Shown: positions 1-11,097 of the stretch, piece by piece
How positions within the stretch are numbered: position 1 is the stretch's first letter
Layout: every line of letters begins with the position of its first letter
From: Amoebophrya sp. A120
Lineage: Eukaryota > Protista > Dinoflagellata
Length of the DNA stretch: 64,000 nucleotides
NCBI GenBank assembly: GCA_905178155.1
Contig: CAJINV010000001.1
Location: 4,240,233 to 4,304,232, forward strand
Direction of reading: 5' to 3'
Position numbers and translations under genes: made by a program
The notes under the pieces: generated by a model
Told to the model about the DNA's origin: nothing
Seen by the model: only the letters and a program-made list of their open reading frames with translations
Database searches by the model: none

Positions 1-60
1 GGTTGCCCTATATGGTAACGGCAACTGCCTTCGCGCTGCGTTTGCTAAGCAATATCGCAA

Positions 61-111
61 GCGCGCAGAGCGCGCGCGCCGGCTTCGTGGGCCGGCGCGC
101 GCTCTGCGCGC
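61..111. repeat. GC-rich near-perfect hairpin (23/21-nt arms, 7-nt loop)
   Basis: Left arm gcgcgcagagcgcgcgcgccggc (61-83) pairs with gccggcgcgcgctctgcgcgc (91-111), with one extra GC. An outer short inverted pair is tggtaac (13-19) / gttacca (129-135). Confidence 0.85.
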
Positions 112-459
112 GCGCGCGCACGCATTTGGTTACCAGATCATTATCAAGTATCTTCATCATCTGACTACTTTTTGCAAAGGTAAATTCCTCCGTCTATCAG
201 TCCTGTTGGGCTAGGGCTCGCAACCAGGATTATAAGGACCCTAGACTGGCACTCTCGCCGAAAAAAGTTTTCTTTGCGCTTCGCGTTTTTCTCAGATACT
301 TCTCGCAGACAGCAGGCGTGCTCAACGTGGACGAACCATCGGGGCTTCGGAGGGTTTGAAACATTTCTAAAAAGCGAGCTCTCGTGGTTGAGTTTCGAAA
401 ACAAAGCTAGTAGCATGATGTAAGGTCATAAGTGTGTTTAGAAAATGCCTTGTCCGTGA

Positions 460-1968
460 CTAACTTTTCAGCCCCAGCGCCTGTTCGGAGGTTTCGATGC
501 TCATCTCGAGCATCTTCACCCCGATAGCTCCTTTATGGTCTTGGTCTCCGCCCCACACGGGTCTAGTGCCATCTGTCTTTGGTTCTGCGGTTCCACTGCC
601 TCCTGGAGGTAGTGGACAAGTGTCTCCCGCTCTTGTTCTTTCCGAAGGTTCAGACCTATCCTGGACTTGGAGTTGTTCTTGTTGCTTGCCTTCTCCACAT
701 ATAACACACGGCAGATCGAAGTACTTCCCCACTGCGCACCACCTCACTTCATTCGCAATCACAATACACAACCACAAAACCAAAAACGTCCACCCGACCG
801 CCTTCCCATAACTAGGCAGCCCTTCATACCGAAATGTATCTGCATGGTACCCCCCTAGCACCACGTTCACGCTACCGAGCAATACCGCGACGTAGCCAGC
901 CCCTTTGTGCGTGATCTCCCAAACCTGCCTTCCCGTCGACTTGTCCGCGAATCTCGTGCCTGGTTCTGGGTGTTCCACTTTGTGGCGAATCTGCGAATTG
1001 ATCCCCTGAAAAATTGCCAGACAGACGACCGCGAGCCCGAACGCTTCGTGCGGGTTCTGCTTCAACGCTCCGAAGTGCTGCGCTTTGCGGTAAACCAGGA
1101 TGGCGATTAGTCCGAGAAGGGAGAACGATATGCCGCTGATTTGGCAGATGCGATGAACGTTAAACCAAAAAGGAGCCTGACCGAGAAGTGGCGCGTGAAA
1201 TTTCTTCCCGTTTCTCGAGTCGCGGAGGTATCTGGCAGAGAGGACACCGATCGGTAGAAGGATCCCCCATGCAAGACTCATGCATATCGCATGCAGCCAG
1301 AGAAGAAAGCGCGCAGGAACGGCGTTTAGTTCCAGATCGGGAATCGTGTCGCAGGGGTTGTCAGTTTCACTACTTTCTTGTGCACCCACGTTGACGCAAA
1401 CACTATCACACCGTTGCCGGGCACCTTCTTCCGAGCCCTCTTGCAAGGCCGCATCGCAAAACGTAAACTCTGCGTTTCTAAGCACACCGTCTTTCGTTGA
1501 ATGTACCCCTGTGACGTTGACCAGGACGTGTTTTGACTTGTCGTCGTCAGGTAGCGTCTGCAGCAGTTCCAGTGCCTTTTGCGTAGACCCTTCGTCCAGC
1601 AAAAATTTCGGACGGTATACCAGCTGGCCCCCTCCTTCGACTCTTTCCAACAAGAAGAACGAATCACTGCACTGCGGCACGTCGCGCAGGCAGTGCGTCG
1701 TGTGCTCCTGGGGCTGCTGTTGCAGTTTTGCGCCGTCAAGTGCTGCCGGTGCCCCGGCTTCCACGTTGAGATTCCAACAATAATTGTCCACCAAATAACC
1801 CGAGTAGTGAACGTTAGATGCTGCGCTTGCAGCTGCCGACGGAAATATTGACAACGGTAATGCGCAGGACAGAAGAAGCAGAACAAAAACAAGCGAAAGA
1901 ATTCGGTCCCCGAGTATCCTCGGGAGTGCTCTGGGTCCCTCAGAGGAACGACGAGACATCCACATCAT
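460..1968 (-). CDS. Cytochrome b561 / ferric-reductase-like membrane protein with N-terminal secreted domain (single exon, 502 aa)
   Basis: Signal/TM segment, then b561 heme-ligand His motifs: LHAICMSLAWGILLPIG, WFNVHRICQ, PHEAFGL, WEITHKGAGY. Confidence 0.85.
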   Translation of the reverse strand: MMWMSRRSSEGPRALPRILGDRILSLVFVLLLLSCALPLSIFPSAAASAASNVHYSGYLVDNYCWNLNVEAGAPAALDGAKLQQQPQEHTTHCLRDVPQCSDSFFLLERVEGGGQLVYRPKFLLDEGSTQKALELLQTLPDDDKSKHVLVNVTGVHSTKDGVLRNAEFTFCDAALQEGSEEGARQRCDSVCVNVGAQESSETDNPCDTIPDLELNAVPARFLLWLHAICMSLAWGILLPIGVLSARYLRDSRNGKKFHAPLLGQAPFWFNVHRICQISGISFSLLGLIAILVYRKAQHFGALKQNPHEAFGLAVVCLAIFQGINSQIRHKVEHPEPGTRFADKSTGRQVWEITHKGAGYVAVLLGSVNVVLGGYHADTFRYEGLPSYGKAVGWTFLVLWLCIVIANEVRWCAVGKYFDLPCVICGEGKQQEQLQVQDRSEPSERTRAGDTCPLPPGGSGTAEPKTDGTRPVWGGDQDHKGAIGVKMLEMSIETSEQALGLKS

Positions 1969-2385
1969 TTAATATTCGCGAACTCAAATAGGCTAGACGG
2001 CGTGACAATACACAGGATTGCACTTAAGAAATTCATTCGCAATGAAGAAGAACATCCTCTTTGCAGCGCAGTCATCGAGCCAAACTCCACGTGGAACAAG
2101 CACCACGCGACTTTCTCTGTCTTGTGTGTTAGTGTCAGCACAGTGACCTATGCACCAGCACTCGATGCCAGTCAGCTGTGCTTTTGAATATGATCATTAT
2201 TTGCAATAGACGCAACTTTCAAAACACATTCAGAAACTCCAGTGTTTCTGTTTCGCTCCATGATCTCTCGTGCTGGCGGCACGAAGACAACCAGGAGCAG
2301 TTCTTTTCACAACTACTGTACAACTTTTTTTCATCTCTCCTATCGCTATCTGGAACCAAAAGCGTGACTGAGAAATGACTTCTCA

Positions 2386-3833
2386 TCAGTCGCCCAGCCT
2401 CCTCCCCTGCCCTTGAAAAACTTGGAATCCCGGGGCCTGCTGCGGTTGCCCGCTGATTCCGCCTCCCCAGCCTCCGCCACCACCTCCCGCAGGCGCACCT
2501 CCACCTCCGCCTGCACCCGGTGCGCCACCGCCAGGTGGTCCTCCGCCTATTCTACCAGCTGGTCGCTCAGGTGCGCGGGGACCGAAGCCGGCAGCACCAA
2601 GTTGGTAAGCAGAAACCTGCTTGTAAATCTGCCAACCGCAGTACGCACAGAAAATCTCCACGATTTCCATATGGCGTTCTCAACTGTTACATTCTCAAAC
2701 GTCACAATGGCATCTGGAATTTGTGTTGCAAGAAGTGCATGATCTACCCTACTCCCACAGGATTGCGCATGACAAGCTCTGGAGTCCCAATCCGCACTAC
2801 AATCCGGCGAAATTTGTATTGCAGAAAGTGGAATGCTGTCCGAGTCTGTCATGTTGATCATGCAAGACAAGCCTCAGATTCTATTGTAACGTTTGAGATT
2901 GTAACGCTTGAGCAGGTCATATCCCAATATCGACGTCAACATCGTGTATCTGTGGTGATAGTTAATATAATAGGTTGTGTTGATGAAACTCGAAGTCGAA
3001 ATAAAAACATACAGTCATCTTCAATCACGAGGCTTCGACGGCCGGGCGTTTCAACTTCAAGTGAGTCTGTTTTCCATATCATGAAAGTGACAAACAAAAG
3101 CTTTATACGGGACGAGTATTGGAAATTGCACAAAGATCAGCAGGTTGAAAACGCCATTGAGGCCGGACAGGAAGCAAAACGGCATCAGCACGCGGAAGCC
3201 ACCTGAAGAGCGTCAGCGTGAAAATATTTTTTTTCAGGGCCTCCGTGCAATGTATACTCGTCAAAAGCTTCTTCCAATAGATGACGACGGGCTGCGCAAT
3301 CACGTCTGCATCCGAGAGGGCACGATGATGGGTACAATCAAAAACGAGCAAAATTCTACCTCCCCCGCAGCACATGGCAATCATGGTGTTCCGCAGGTAT
3401 CGGTGTATGTTGGAGATCAGTTCGTCCGATCGCATAAAGAATATGCCGAAAAGTATGCAGATCCAGTCCGAAATTGCTCCTGCGACGTCACCTGTGGTGT
3501 TTTTTATGGTAGAACTGTTTTTCATGTGTTGCAAATGTTTCAAATTCAAACGTTGCCGCGAAATGGAGGAAAGCAAGCCGCTTCTTCAACAAGGCGGAAT
3601 GGAATCGAATCGATCGTATACGAAAGAAGTACTGCATCACTCGCACATACGTTCTTGCTGTAAAAACGTCCGGGATCGGGAATCAAACCATCAGAAATAC
3701 CGAGGCAAAGTCGGAATATCGCCAGCACCATTTCGGTGAGGAGCGCATACCGGAGCGCGATGAAGAACTTCCGCGCAGGCTCCGGGATGACTGAGTCATC
3801 GAGAAACTCAATGCCGGGAACCGGCAGCACCAT
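2386..3833 (-). CDS. Small multi-pass membrane protein with Gly-rich tail and C-terminal SHP-box-like motif; 5 exons
   Basis: GT-AG introns at 3492-3700, 3203-3359 and 2950-3108, plus introner 2670-2921, give one continuous frame (MVLPVPG...CLG|DVAGA...GG|GGFRVL...VP|YTMLTSIL|(E/G)IVEIF...FQVFQGQGRRLGD*). Confidence 0.8.
2670..2921. mobile_element. Introner family A (non-canonical intron with TIRs), 252 bp
   Basis: TIR tatggcgttctcaactgttacattctcaaacgtcacaat ... attgtaacgtttgagattgtaacgcttgagcaggtcata. TSD ttcca/tccca. Same TIR family as 59452-59686. Confidence 0.85.
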
Positions 3834-4732
3834 GGTCTGGTGAATCTATCTCGACCGAAACTTCCTTACATGGTGAATTTCGCCGAAAATGTCGCCAGCT
3901 CCATCAAAAAAGGATGGAGCAGCGCGGTCTACAGGAAACAACTACTTAGTTGTGCAAAAAGCAAGTAAAAGGTATACCTTTACCTTAACCTTAGAGGACA
4001 CTCAAGAAAAGATAGAATGAACGACAAAGACGTGTCTTCGTTTGAAGATTTTTACACGCCAGCGATACTGAAAAAACGAAATGCGAATGTCAGCAATCAA
4101 CTTCGTCCAGGGCTAAAAACCCAAGATTATCAAACAATAACCGATTTTTTTCGCTACAGGCACTGAAGATTTTGAGATCGCGTAGAAATGGGATAGGATA
4201 AAACTAGCCGATGGCTTTCTTTTGCAGAACAAAATCGCTGCTGCGCCTGCGACAAGAAACCACAGCTGATGCTGTCTGTGGAGAGAAGTGGATGTGGACC
4301 CTAGCTATTGTAAATGTGTATGCCCCGGACTGATGCACGAGTTTAGGGGCGGCAAAACGAAAAGCCTGTTCTTCTCGAAGAAAGTGATACTGACTTCACC
4401 ACCTGCAGAAGAAACTGCACCGTCACCGAAGACAATCCGCATATCAAATGAGTCTCGTGGTTCTCATCCTCAGGTCCATCACGGTGAAAAAACCGTTGCT
4501 TTTCCTAATGTGGAAAAAAAAAAGAAGATTCATCTTTTCCAATCCTATTTCCAACTCGCTCTGTCTGCGTTTGACACGTCAGAGTGTAACTCATCACTGG
4601 GGATCCGCTCCCTCGCAAGAACGGGAGCATCCATCGGTTTCTTGCGTCGCATCGCCACGGCTGGCACAACTTGAACTTGAACTCCTCCTGCAAGAGCATC
4701 AGGATAGTGTTAGTGCATAGTGGTCTGCGTTT

Positions 4733-6079
4733 TCACATCTTCGGACATGGGTCAAAGCCGTTGCCTCCGTCTCCGCCGGAACCAGCCCATGCGCTGACGT
4801 CGTACAGAAATAGCTTTTTGCTCGCAATCCGTGCCACCACGTGTTCGCTGAAGGACAGGGTTTCTGGCGCATCCTCCTCCAGCAGCACTTCTTGCAGTCC
4901 CGGCAACACAAATGGCCACTCCGTCGGGTCGTTCTCCGTGGCGCCGGGTGTCGGGATATTTCTTGTGTTCGGAATCCCGGTCTTGTAGCCACCCATGAGT
5001 AGGTACCGAAATAGCAGTGGGTTTTCTCTGTGCCACCTGTACACGTTGAGGAAGAAGCGACAGCTCTGCACCAGCGAAACGTGCTGCAACGCGTCCCGAA
5101 TGAAAAGCAATGAGTTCGAAATTTTTGCTGGACGAGGTTGTAGGTCAATTAAAATCGGATCGACTGCATGTGCGATTTCAGTGAAGTTCCGGTAGAAGCG
5201 CAAATTCGTAAAGTCGCCGTTGATCACGTGGATGTGCGGGTGGGTTGCAAACTTCCTCTGGTGGCGCTCCGCCTCTGCAGGAGCGATTTCCATACCTATG
5301 TAAAAAAGCTCAGGTCGAGTTGGGCCGCTCTGTGGTTGCTCTAGCTCTAGGCCTGTCTGCCCTGCCCGTTTTCCATTCCAATCTGTGACGAATTGCGTGG
5401 CCCACAGCATGTCACCGCAGGCGAAGTCGAAAAACTTTACTTTCCCGGATGTTGATGAGCCTTCTCCCTCTAATGCGGGATGAAACAACTTCCCCAACAA
5501 TCTTTCGAGCTGCCGCCTGAGCCCGGTGGTATACTCGACCAAAGACCCGCTCCCTGCGGTGCCCATGTTGTGCACCGGGTCACTGTTGTCCGTCGAATGC
5601 CGTGCGTAGAGCTGCTTTTTCCGGCGGTACTGATTTTCGCCCTCGTGGAACTCCCACTCGTGGCCGTAGAGTATGTCAAATTCGTCCTGCTCGCGGCCAA
5701 AGCCCCATTTGCCCGTGCTGTAAATGTGCTGGAAGGACTTCCTGCTGTGGTAGGTCCAAAGCTCGCTCTCGTACGGGCTGAGGTGGCGCCAATTCTTCGT
5801 GTAGTTGTATTTTTCCGCGTACGAGCTGGAGAGCAGGCTTGTTTCGTCGTATTTTGCCCAGTCCTGCCGCCGCATGTACTGGAGATTCGTCTTCGGGTCG
5901 CGAAAGAGATACTCGCCCTCGTGCGAGAGCGTGACGACGGTTTGGTGTACTTTTTCATCTTGGGTCTCTGCTAGAGGCAAGACGCCTCCACTCGAAAGAA
6001 GAAGAAACCATGCGAAGATCGCAAAAATCGATCTTGCGTGTAACACGATCAAAAATCCACAGGAGACGACGGCACTCAT
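4733..6079 (-). CDS. Signal-anchored class I SAM-dependent methyltransferase-like protein (448 aa)
   Basis: N-terminal hydrophobic segment. Motifs AGSGS, FFDFACGDMLW (motif I), YIGMEI, INGDF and LLFIRDALQH. Confidence 0.6.
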   Translation of the reverse strand: MSAVVSCGFLIVLHARSIFAIFAWFLLLSSGGVLPLAETQDEKVHQTVVTLSHEGEYLFRDPKTNLQYMRRQDWAKYDETSLLSSSYAEKYNYTKNWRHLSPYESELWTYHSRKSFQHIYSTGKWGFGREQDEFDILYGHEWEFHEGENQYRRKKQLYARHSTDNSDPVHNMGTAGSGSLVEYTTGLRRQLERLLGKLFHPALEGEGSSTSGKVKFFDFACGDMLWATQFVTDWNGKRAGQTGLELEQPQSGPTRPELFYIGMEIAPAEAERHQRKFATHPHIHVINGDFTNLRFYRNFTEIAHAVDPILIDLQPRPAKISNSLLFIRDALQHVSLVQSCRFFLNVYRWHRENPLLFRYLLMGGYKTGIPNTRNIPTPGATENDPTEWPFVLPGLQEVLLEEDAPETLSFSEHVVARIASKKLFLYDVSAWAGSGGDGGNGFDPCPKM

Positions 6080-7959
6080 CTCATTGCTTGCTACAAAGTC
6101 TCATACTCCAAGTCAGTGGGCACGAAGTAAGACGAAAGTAAAAGGCGTACGGGATATGGAGTGCGGGACATTGAAGCAATACGCCTAACAACTGCAGCCC
6201 CTGGCGTAGCTAAGTAGGTGGACCTGCGACATCGGCAGACGGAACAACGCCAAACAGACAGAGGTCGCTAGACGTCGCGCGGCGCGTAAACGCAGTGAAC
6301 CGCTTTACTTAGTTCCGCCGTCTCACAATCATAGCCAGCCGGCGCCCGCTGAAAGTAGCGGGAACGCTGGAGCTTTGCACGCTATCAATCCGGTTCCATT
6401 TTCGGCTCATCGCTTCGCGGGGTCCTATCATAGCACGGATGTATGGGACGCGAAGACATTCGAATAAACACGGAAGCGCTGGATGATGCGAATAAATGTG
6501 GCCAGCTTATTTTTTATTAGTTGATGGAGCATATAAGTAGCTTCATAGACCGATCCTCGCCAGCCTACTATAATGGTCGTAACCTCGTTCGCTGCACACA
6601 GCTCGCACCTATGCAACAAGCTATCGCTTCTACTGGTACTGAGTCGCATGCTTTCATTATCTTGCCCTGTAAAAATTAGGCACAAAATACGCAAGCGCGC
6701 GTATGGGTGTCCATCTTTCCATCTGCAGTTCTATGCTCAAGCGAGAACAGGGCCAGCGTGCAAATGTACAGCAAGACGCAACGCATATGCGAAGCACGGG
6801 GGAATGTGCAGAAATGTCGGCAAATGCAGTGAAAAGAGGTGAGAGCTAAGGCCTGTATGTAGTAGAAATCAAAAGTGTAAGCGCGGGCGAAACGCACACT
6901 GAGTCTGCTTGGATACTCAACATACACCCGCAAAGCACGCAGCATCTTCAGCACGAAGAGGCTGCAAGGTGTCCGGACAGTTTCTACTTGTCTTTTACTG
7001 CGGCGCGCGACGGGGCTTCGTGGCGGAGAGGACCCCCAGAAGAGTGCTCCCGCGTAAGCGCTCCGAAAACGCTTCCGCGAAGCGATCCGGGATTCAAACT
7101 ATGCAAGGCAGAGCTTTTTTTCGGTTGTGGGTTCTTCTAGTGCAGCAGAAGCACAAGACTGTGGGCCTGGAGCCAAAAGATCCATACGTAGACTGAAAAT
7201 AGACATACAAAATTAATGAGCATACAACAGTCGCTGCGGCCAACAGCTTGTCTTCCTATCCTTCGCGAGATAAGCAACGCCAACCAAAGTCCATGGCGGG
7301 TTTTTCGATGAACATACACCAGCCCTGCGGTGCGAATACGTTACGCAGGGCATGTTCTTGATCTTGCTGAGGGCTCCCCGCGCGAATACATACCAACCCA
7401 CAACACAGAAAACCCGGCACCATGCGGATACCAGTGCTGCACTTGACCTGCAGCGTGATCCGCCATCTTGCCTCAGCGGCCGTCCCTGCCTCCTCCACAT
7501 GCGTTACCTGGCAAGCGCTGTCCCTCTCGCAGAAGCCGTTCGTGTTGGTAAGAAACTCCTTCACGCGTTCCGCGCTCCACGACCACCATCTCCACACCAC
7601 CGCTGTTATTTCGTATTCGTAAATCGCCGAGGCCGCCATGATCGTCCTGGAATGAGAATTGATTGCGATTCACAGAAACAAATGCCACCATGCTTTTTTT
7701 TGTGGTGGACGCTCGTGGAAAGAAAGGCAAAGGCTTGCGTCGCCATCAAAATAATTTCGCGACCAAAATCATACATCAATCACGAACATTTATCGAAGGA
7801 GACAACTGCCCTGCAGGGGCTAGCCACTTCTAACTAATGCTAAACAAAAACAAAGGAGATGAGAACACTAAAGCTAATTAATACCGCTCGTCGCTTTGCG
7901 CCACAGCGCCCTTGTTATATACGACCCCAGACAAAGCCGCAGGGGGTGCCAGGCTGCTC

Positions 7960-8650
7960 GAGGCCAACCTCCTGCCTGCCGGGGCCGCCGCAATCGGGTG
8001 AATTCGAAGAAGAAGGTGGGGCCGCAGGCGGTCGGGGGTCTGCTGGGGCGGCGGCCGGAGATGGCGGGGGCTCCGCGGGTGGCTGTCGAAGAAGCTGCCG
8101 GGGAAGTCGCGCCCGTGTGACTGCCGAGGAAGCCGCCCGGGGGCTGCCGGAGAAGTCGCGCGCCGCGCACTGTCGAAGAAGCTGCCGCAAGCAGTCGGAA
8201 CAACCTCCGCGAGGCTTCGAAGGGACCGCCGCCGGCCGGGGAAGGACGCGCGCGGGGGGCCGGGGGAGTTTCCGCAAGGCCGGAGAAGCTGCCGCAGGTC
8301 CGGAGAAATTGCCAGGGGCACGGAGAAATCGCCAAGGCTTGCCGGGGAACGCGCCGCGACGCGTCGGGGGGCCGGCTGCAAGTTGCCGGGGAAGCTGCCG
8401 CAAGGCGCCGCAGAAGTCGCCGCAAGCTTTCGGAGAAGTTGCCGCAAGATTTCGGAGAAATCTCCGCAAGCTGTCGGAGAAGTTTCCGCCCAGAGCCTGC
8501 GAGCCACCAACGGCAAAAACCGCCAGCAGCCCACGCGGCCAGGGCGGCGCGGCTCCGGACGGAGGCGCGCGCCTGCTAGGCTTTTCCGCCTTTGCCGCAA
8601 ACAAACGCGGGCAGCTTTCTGCCGGCGCTCAGGCTCTGGAGCTGAAAAAT
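7960..8650. repeat. GC-rich island with degenerate 22-bp minisatellite
   Basis: Units gaagctgccgcaaggcgccgca / gaagtcgccgcaagctttcgga / gaagttgccgcaagatttcgga / gaaatctccgcaagctgtcgga start at 8391, 8413, 8435 and 8457, with a partial unit at 8479. More degenerate copies lie upstream. Confidence 0.8.
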
Positions 8651-11097
8651 TTGCGGAGCTACACCGAGAAAGGTAAGCAATAGCCCGCCGCTTCCATGTC
8701 CATGCTGTTGTCGTGTGCGTGTCGGTAATTTACAAAAAAAAAAAATTGCTTTCTTTTTACAAAAAAGCAGAATATCATATGAGGAATATTACAAAGCGAA
8801 ATGCTTGCATTTTACAAAAAAACAGAAGCTGGCATGCTGTGCGTAAGCCTAAGGTCATCTAAAGCAGGTGGCATCTGCTATGTGAGCGTCGCTGTCGGTT
8901 CATAGGTCTGCTGAGGCTGGTTGGGAAATCGAAAAAGGAAAAGCATGCACCTAAAGCACAGCAGGCATACACAAGTAAGCCCCCACTGACCTACGTGTTT
9001 GCGCCGCAGCTCCAGCAGCTACTTTGTGCAGCAAGTGCAAGTGCCCCCTCTTCTACAATCTGCATTTGTCATCTGATGGCCCATAGTGATTCAGCATTCA
9101 GAGTAGCACTGCTTGCACAGGCCATGCTCTTCCTTTTGCTTGCCTAACTAGATCTATCCTAGGCCCTATGCTTCTGGTACTTCTGGTGGCCGCGATCTCA
9201 TTTTGCATCTACATTTCATCGGGGTGATGCCCGCATCTGCGTGATAGGGCTCGGGCCGATCAGGATCAACACTGGGCCTGAAGGTGCCGAGCAAGTGAAG
9301 CTAAAAGTTTCAGTTTGCGTCTTTAGTTATAATTTTCACACACTAGTTATAGAAATTATAGATGCGCATCATACAAATGCGCGCCTCTTGGTCTCGGGTC
9401 TTTGGCCCTTTCCTTCTAGCTAATTTGGCAAATAAGGGTAGCGATACGGCGCAAAGTTTATGTAGTACCACCGCACCCAACCGCTGCGCCAGGCGCAGCC
9501 CGCCCCGCTTCCGCGCGTCGGCGCCTCACCGCCGGCACAACAAACAGCAGCGCGGCCAAAAGTGGCCGCATGCCACTGAGCCACCTCTCGCGATGCGCTT
9601 CAAGAAGTCCAGCATCAAGGCGCCGCCTCCTGCCCGCAAGTTGCAAGAACGCCGCCGCGCGTCCCAATGCGCCCGCTGCAATCCCGATAGGTAGGGCTGG
9701 CGTCATACAAGCTCGAAGCCTGTTACTGTTACTGTTCGTCCTCGTAGCAACCGTCTTTCGCCAGTCCCTCTGACAGAAATTGTGGCCTGCAGACGCAAGG
9801 GAAGTCTCGCTCTTTCTGTAGCCGAAGCTGCAGCATGAAAAATGGAAAGCGTGCGCATCAGGGTTGCCTAATAATACCGCCCGGAGCACCATCTGCGAGA
9901 CTAGCACCATTATCCTTCCTCCTCCATTACCGCTACTGGAAACGCTCTTGGTCCGTGCAGACATGTTCAACTTGGACCTCGATCTTCTATTTCCTTGCTC
10001 TTGCATATGCAAGGGCATCTTTTTCTTGTTTGCTTTTACTACTTACAATGACGAAACCGTGACCCATTAATTCGCACCCAATTGTATGTCATTGTCAAAA
10101 CCGGAATGAGACATGTGCACTTGGTTTGATTGTTCCGGATAAACATAAAGCGAGGAGCCGCAATCTAAACAAATATGATGGAGTGCACTCAAACTCATGC
10201 CAGGACGATGAGGCAGTGCTTCTGACTCTGAGGGAGAACGAGCATAGTATCGACGAACCTCGTAGACCGACTTCGACACCGACCGATACCGAGTGCGCGA
10301 TGGCAGAATGCAATGAAAACGCTCAACATGACTGAAGCTGTCGGAGTTTAAAACTAGTGCCTACAGACTGACACATAGCTATATATCACCGACAGCATTC
10401 TACTCGCACTGCTTGAGCTTGAGCCGCTCCTGCGTCTCCTCACGATTGCAAGCGCCGAAGCTGTAAGCTTGAAGCTTGACTTTCCGCTGGAAACTCAAAT
10501 TGTCAGAAAAGCTACGAGGTCGATGGCTGTCTGAGTTTTCTCTTGCCTCAGGATGCGCATTCACTACAGTGACCGACTGGTAATGATGGGTGCGGGCACG
10601 AGCGCGACAAAAAAACTGCGCCTCCTGACGATGGCAATCAGAACTGCGTCACGACATTCACATGTGGATGTATATATCCGACTCAGTTGACAACTGCAGC
10701 AGAGGAACACACAGCCGACATCTGTCGCTACTGCGGTCTGACCCTAAAGTGAAAGCGGCGGCGATCGCTCTTCCACTTGGAAGAGCGCATTTCTGTGCAA
10801 GGGCACAACACGAGTAGCCGTATGAATCAAGAAAGTAGCCTACTCTTTTTGTTTTGCCAGAAGCTTGAGAATGAAATGTAGCTTCTGTTCTCGTGTCTGA
10901 CTCCCACCGCATCCATAGATGAAAAAGTGTACCACGTCAGCGCGAAGATCCCTTTAGGAGAGGCTCTTGTGGGACTATGTTTAAGCGAAATAGTGCCTGC
11001 CCAGAAAAAAATGAATAAACCTGATTTGCTCTACTTGTGTAAAGAAAAAAAAGATAGCGGCTGTTCTCCATCTTCACAGTGCGCAGGTAGTTTTCCC

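Noticed and set aside
8391-8490. Possible CRISPR array (also 30422-30481)
   Set aside because: Contiguous tandem units with no unique spacers, no cas genes, and a eukaryotic context.
7859-8683. Overlapping 180-274-aa ORFs on both strands
   Set aside because: Stop-poor GC-rich minisatellite with a 22-bp period and no protein-like signal.
7256-10018. Short minus-strand ORFs 7256-7639 and 9458-10018 as genes
   Set aside because: No domain and atypical composition; more likely repeat-derived.
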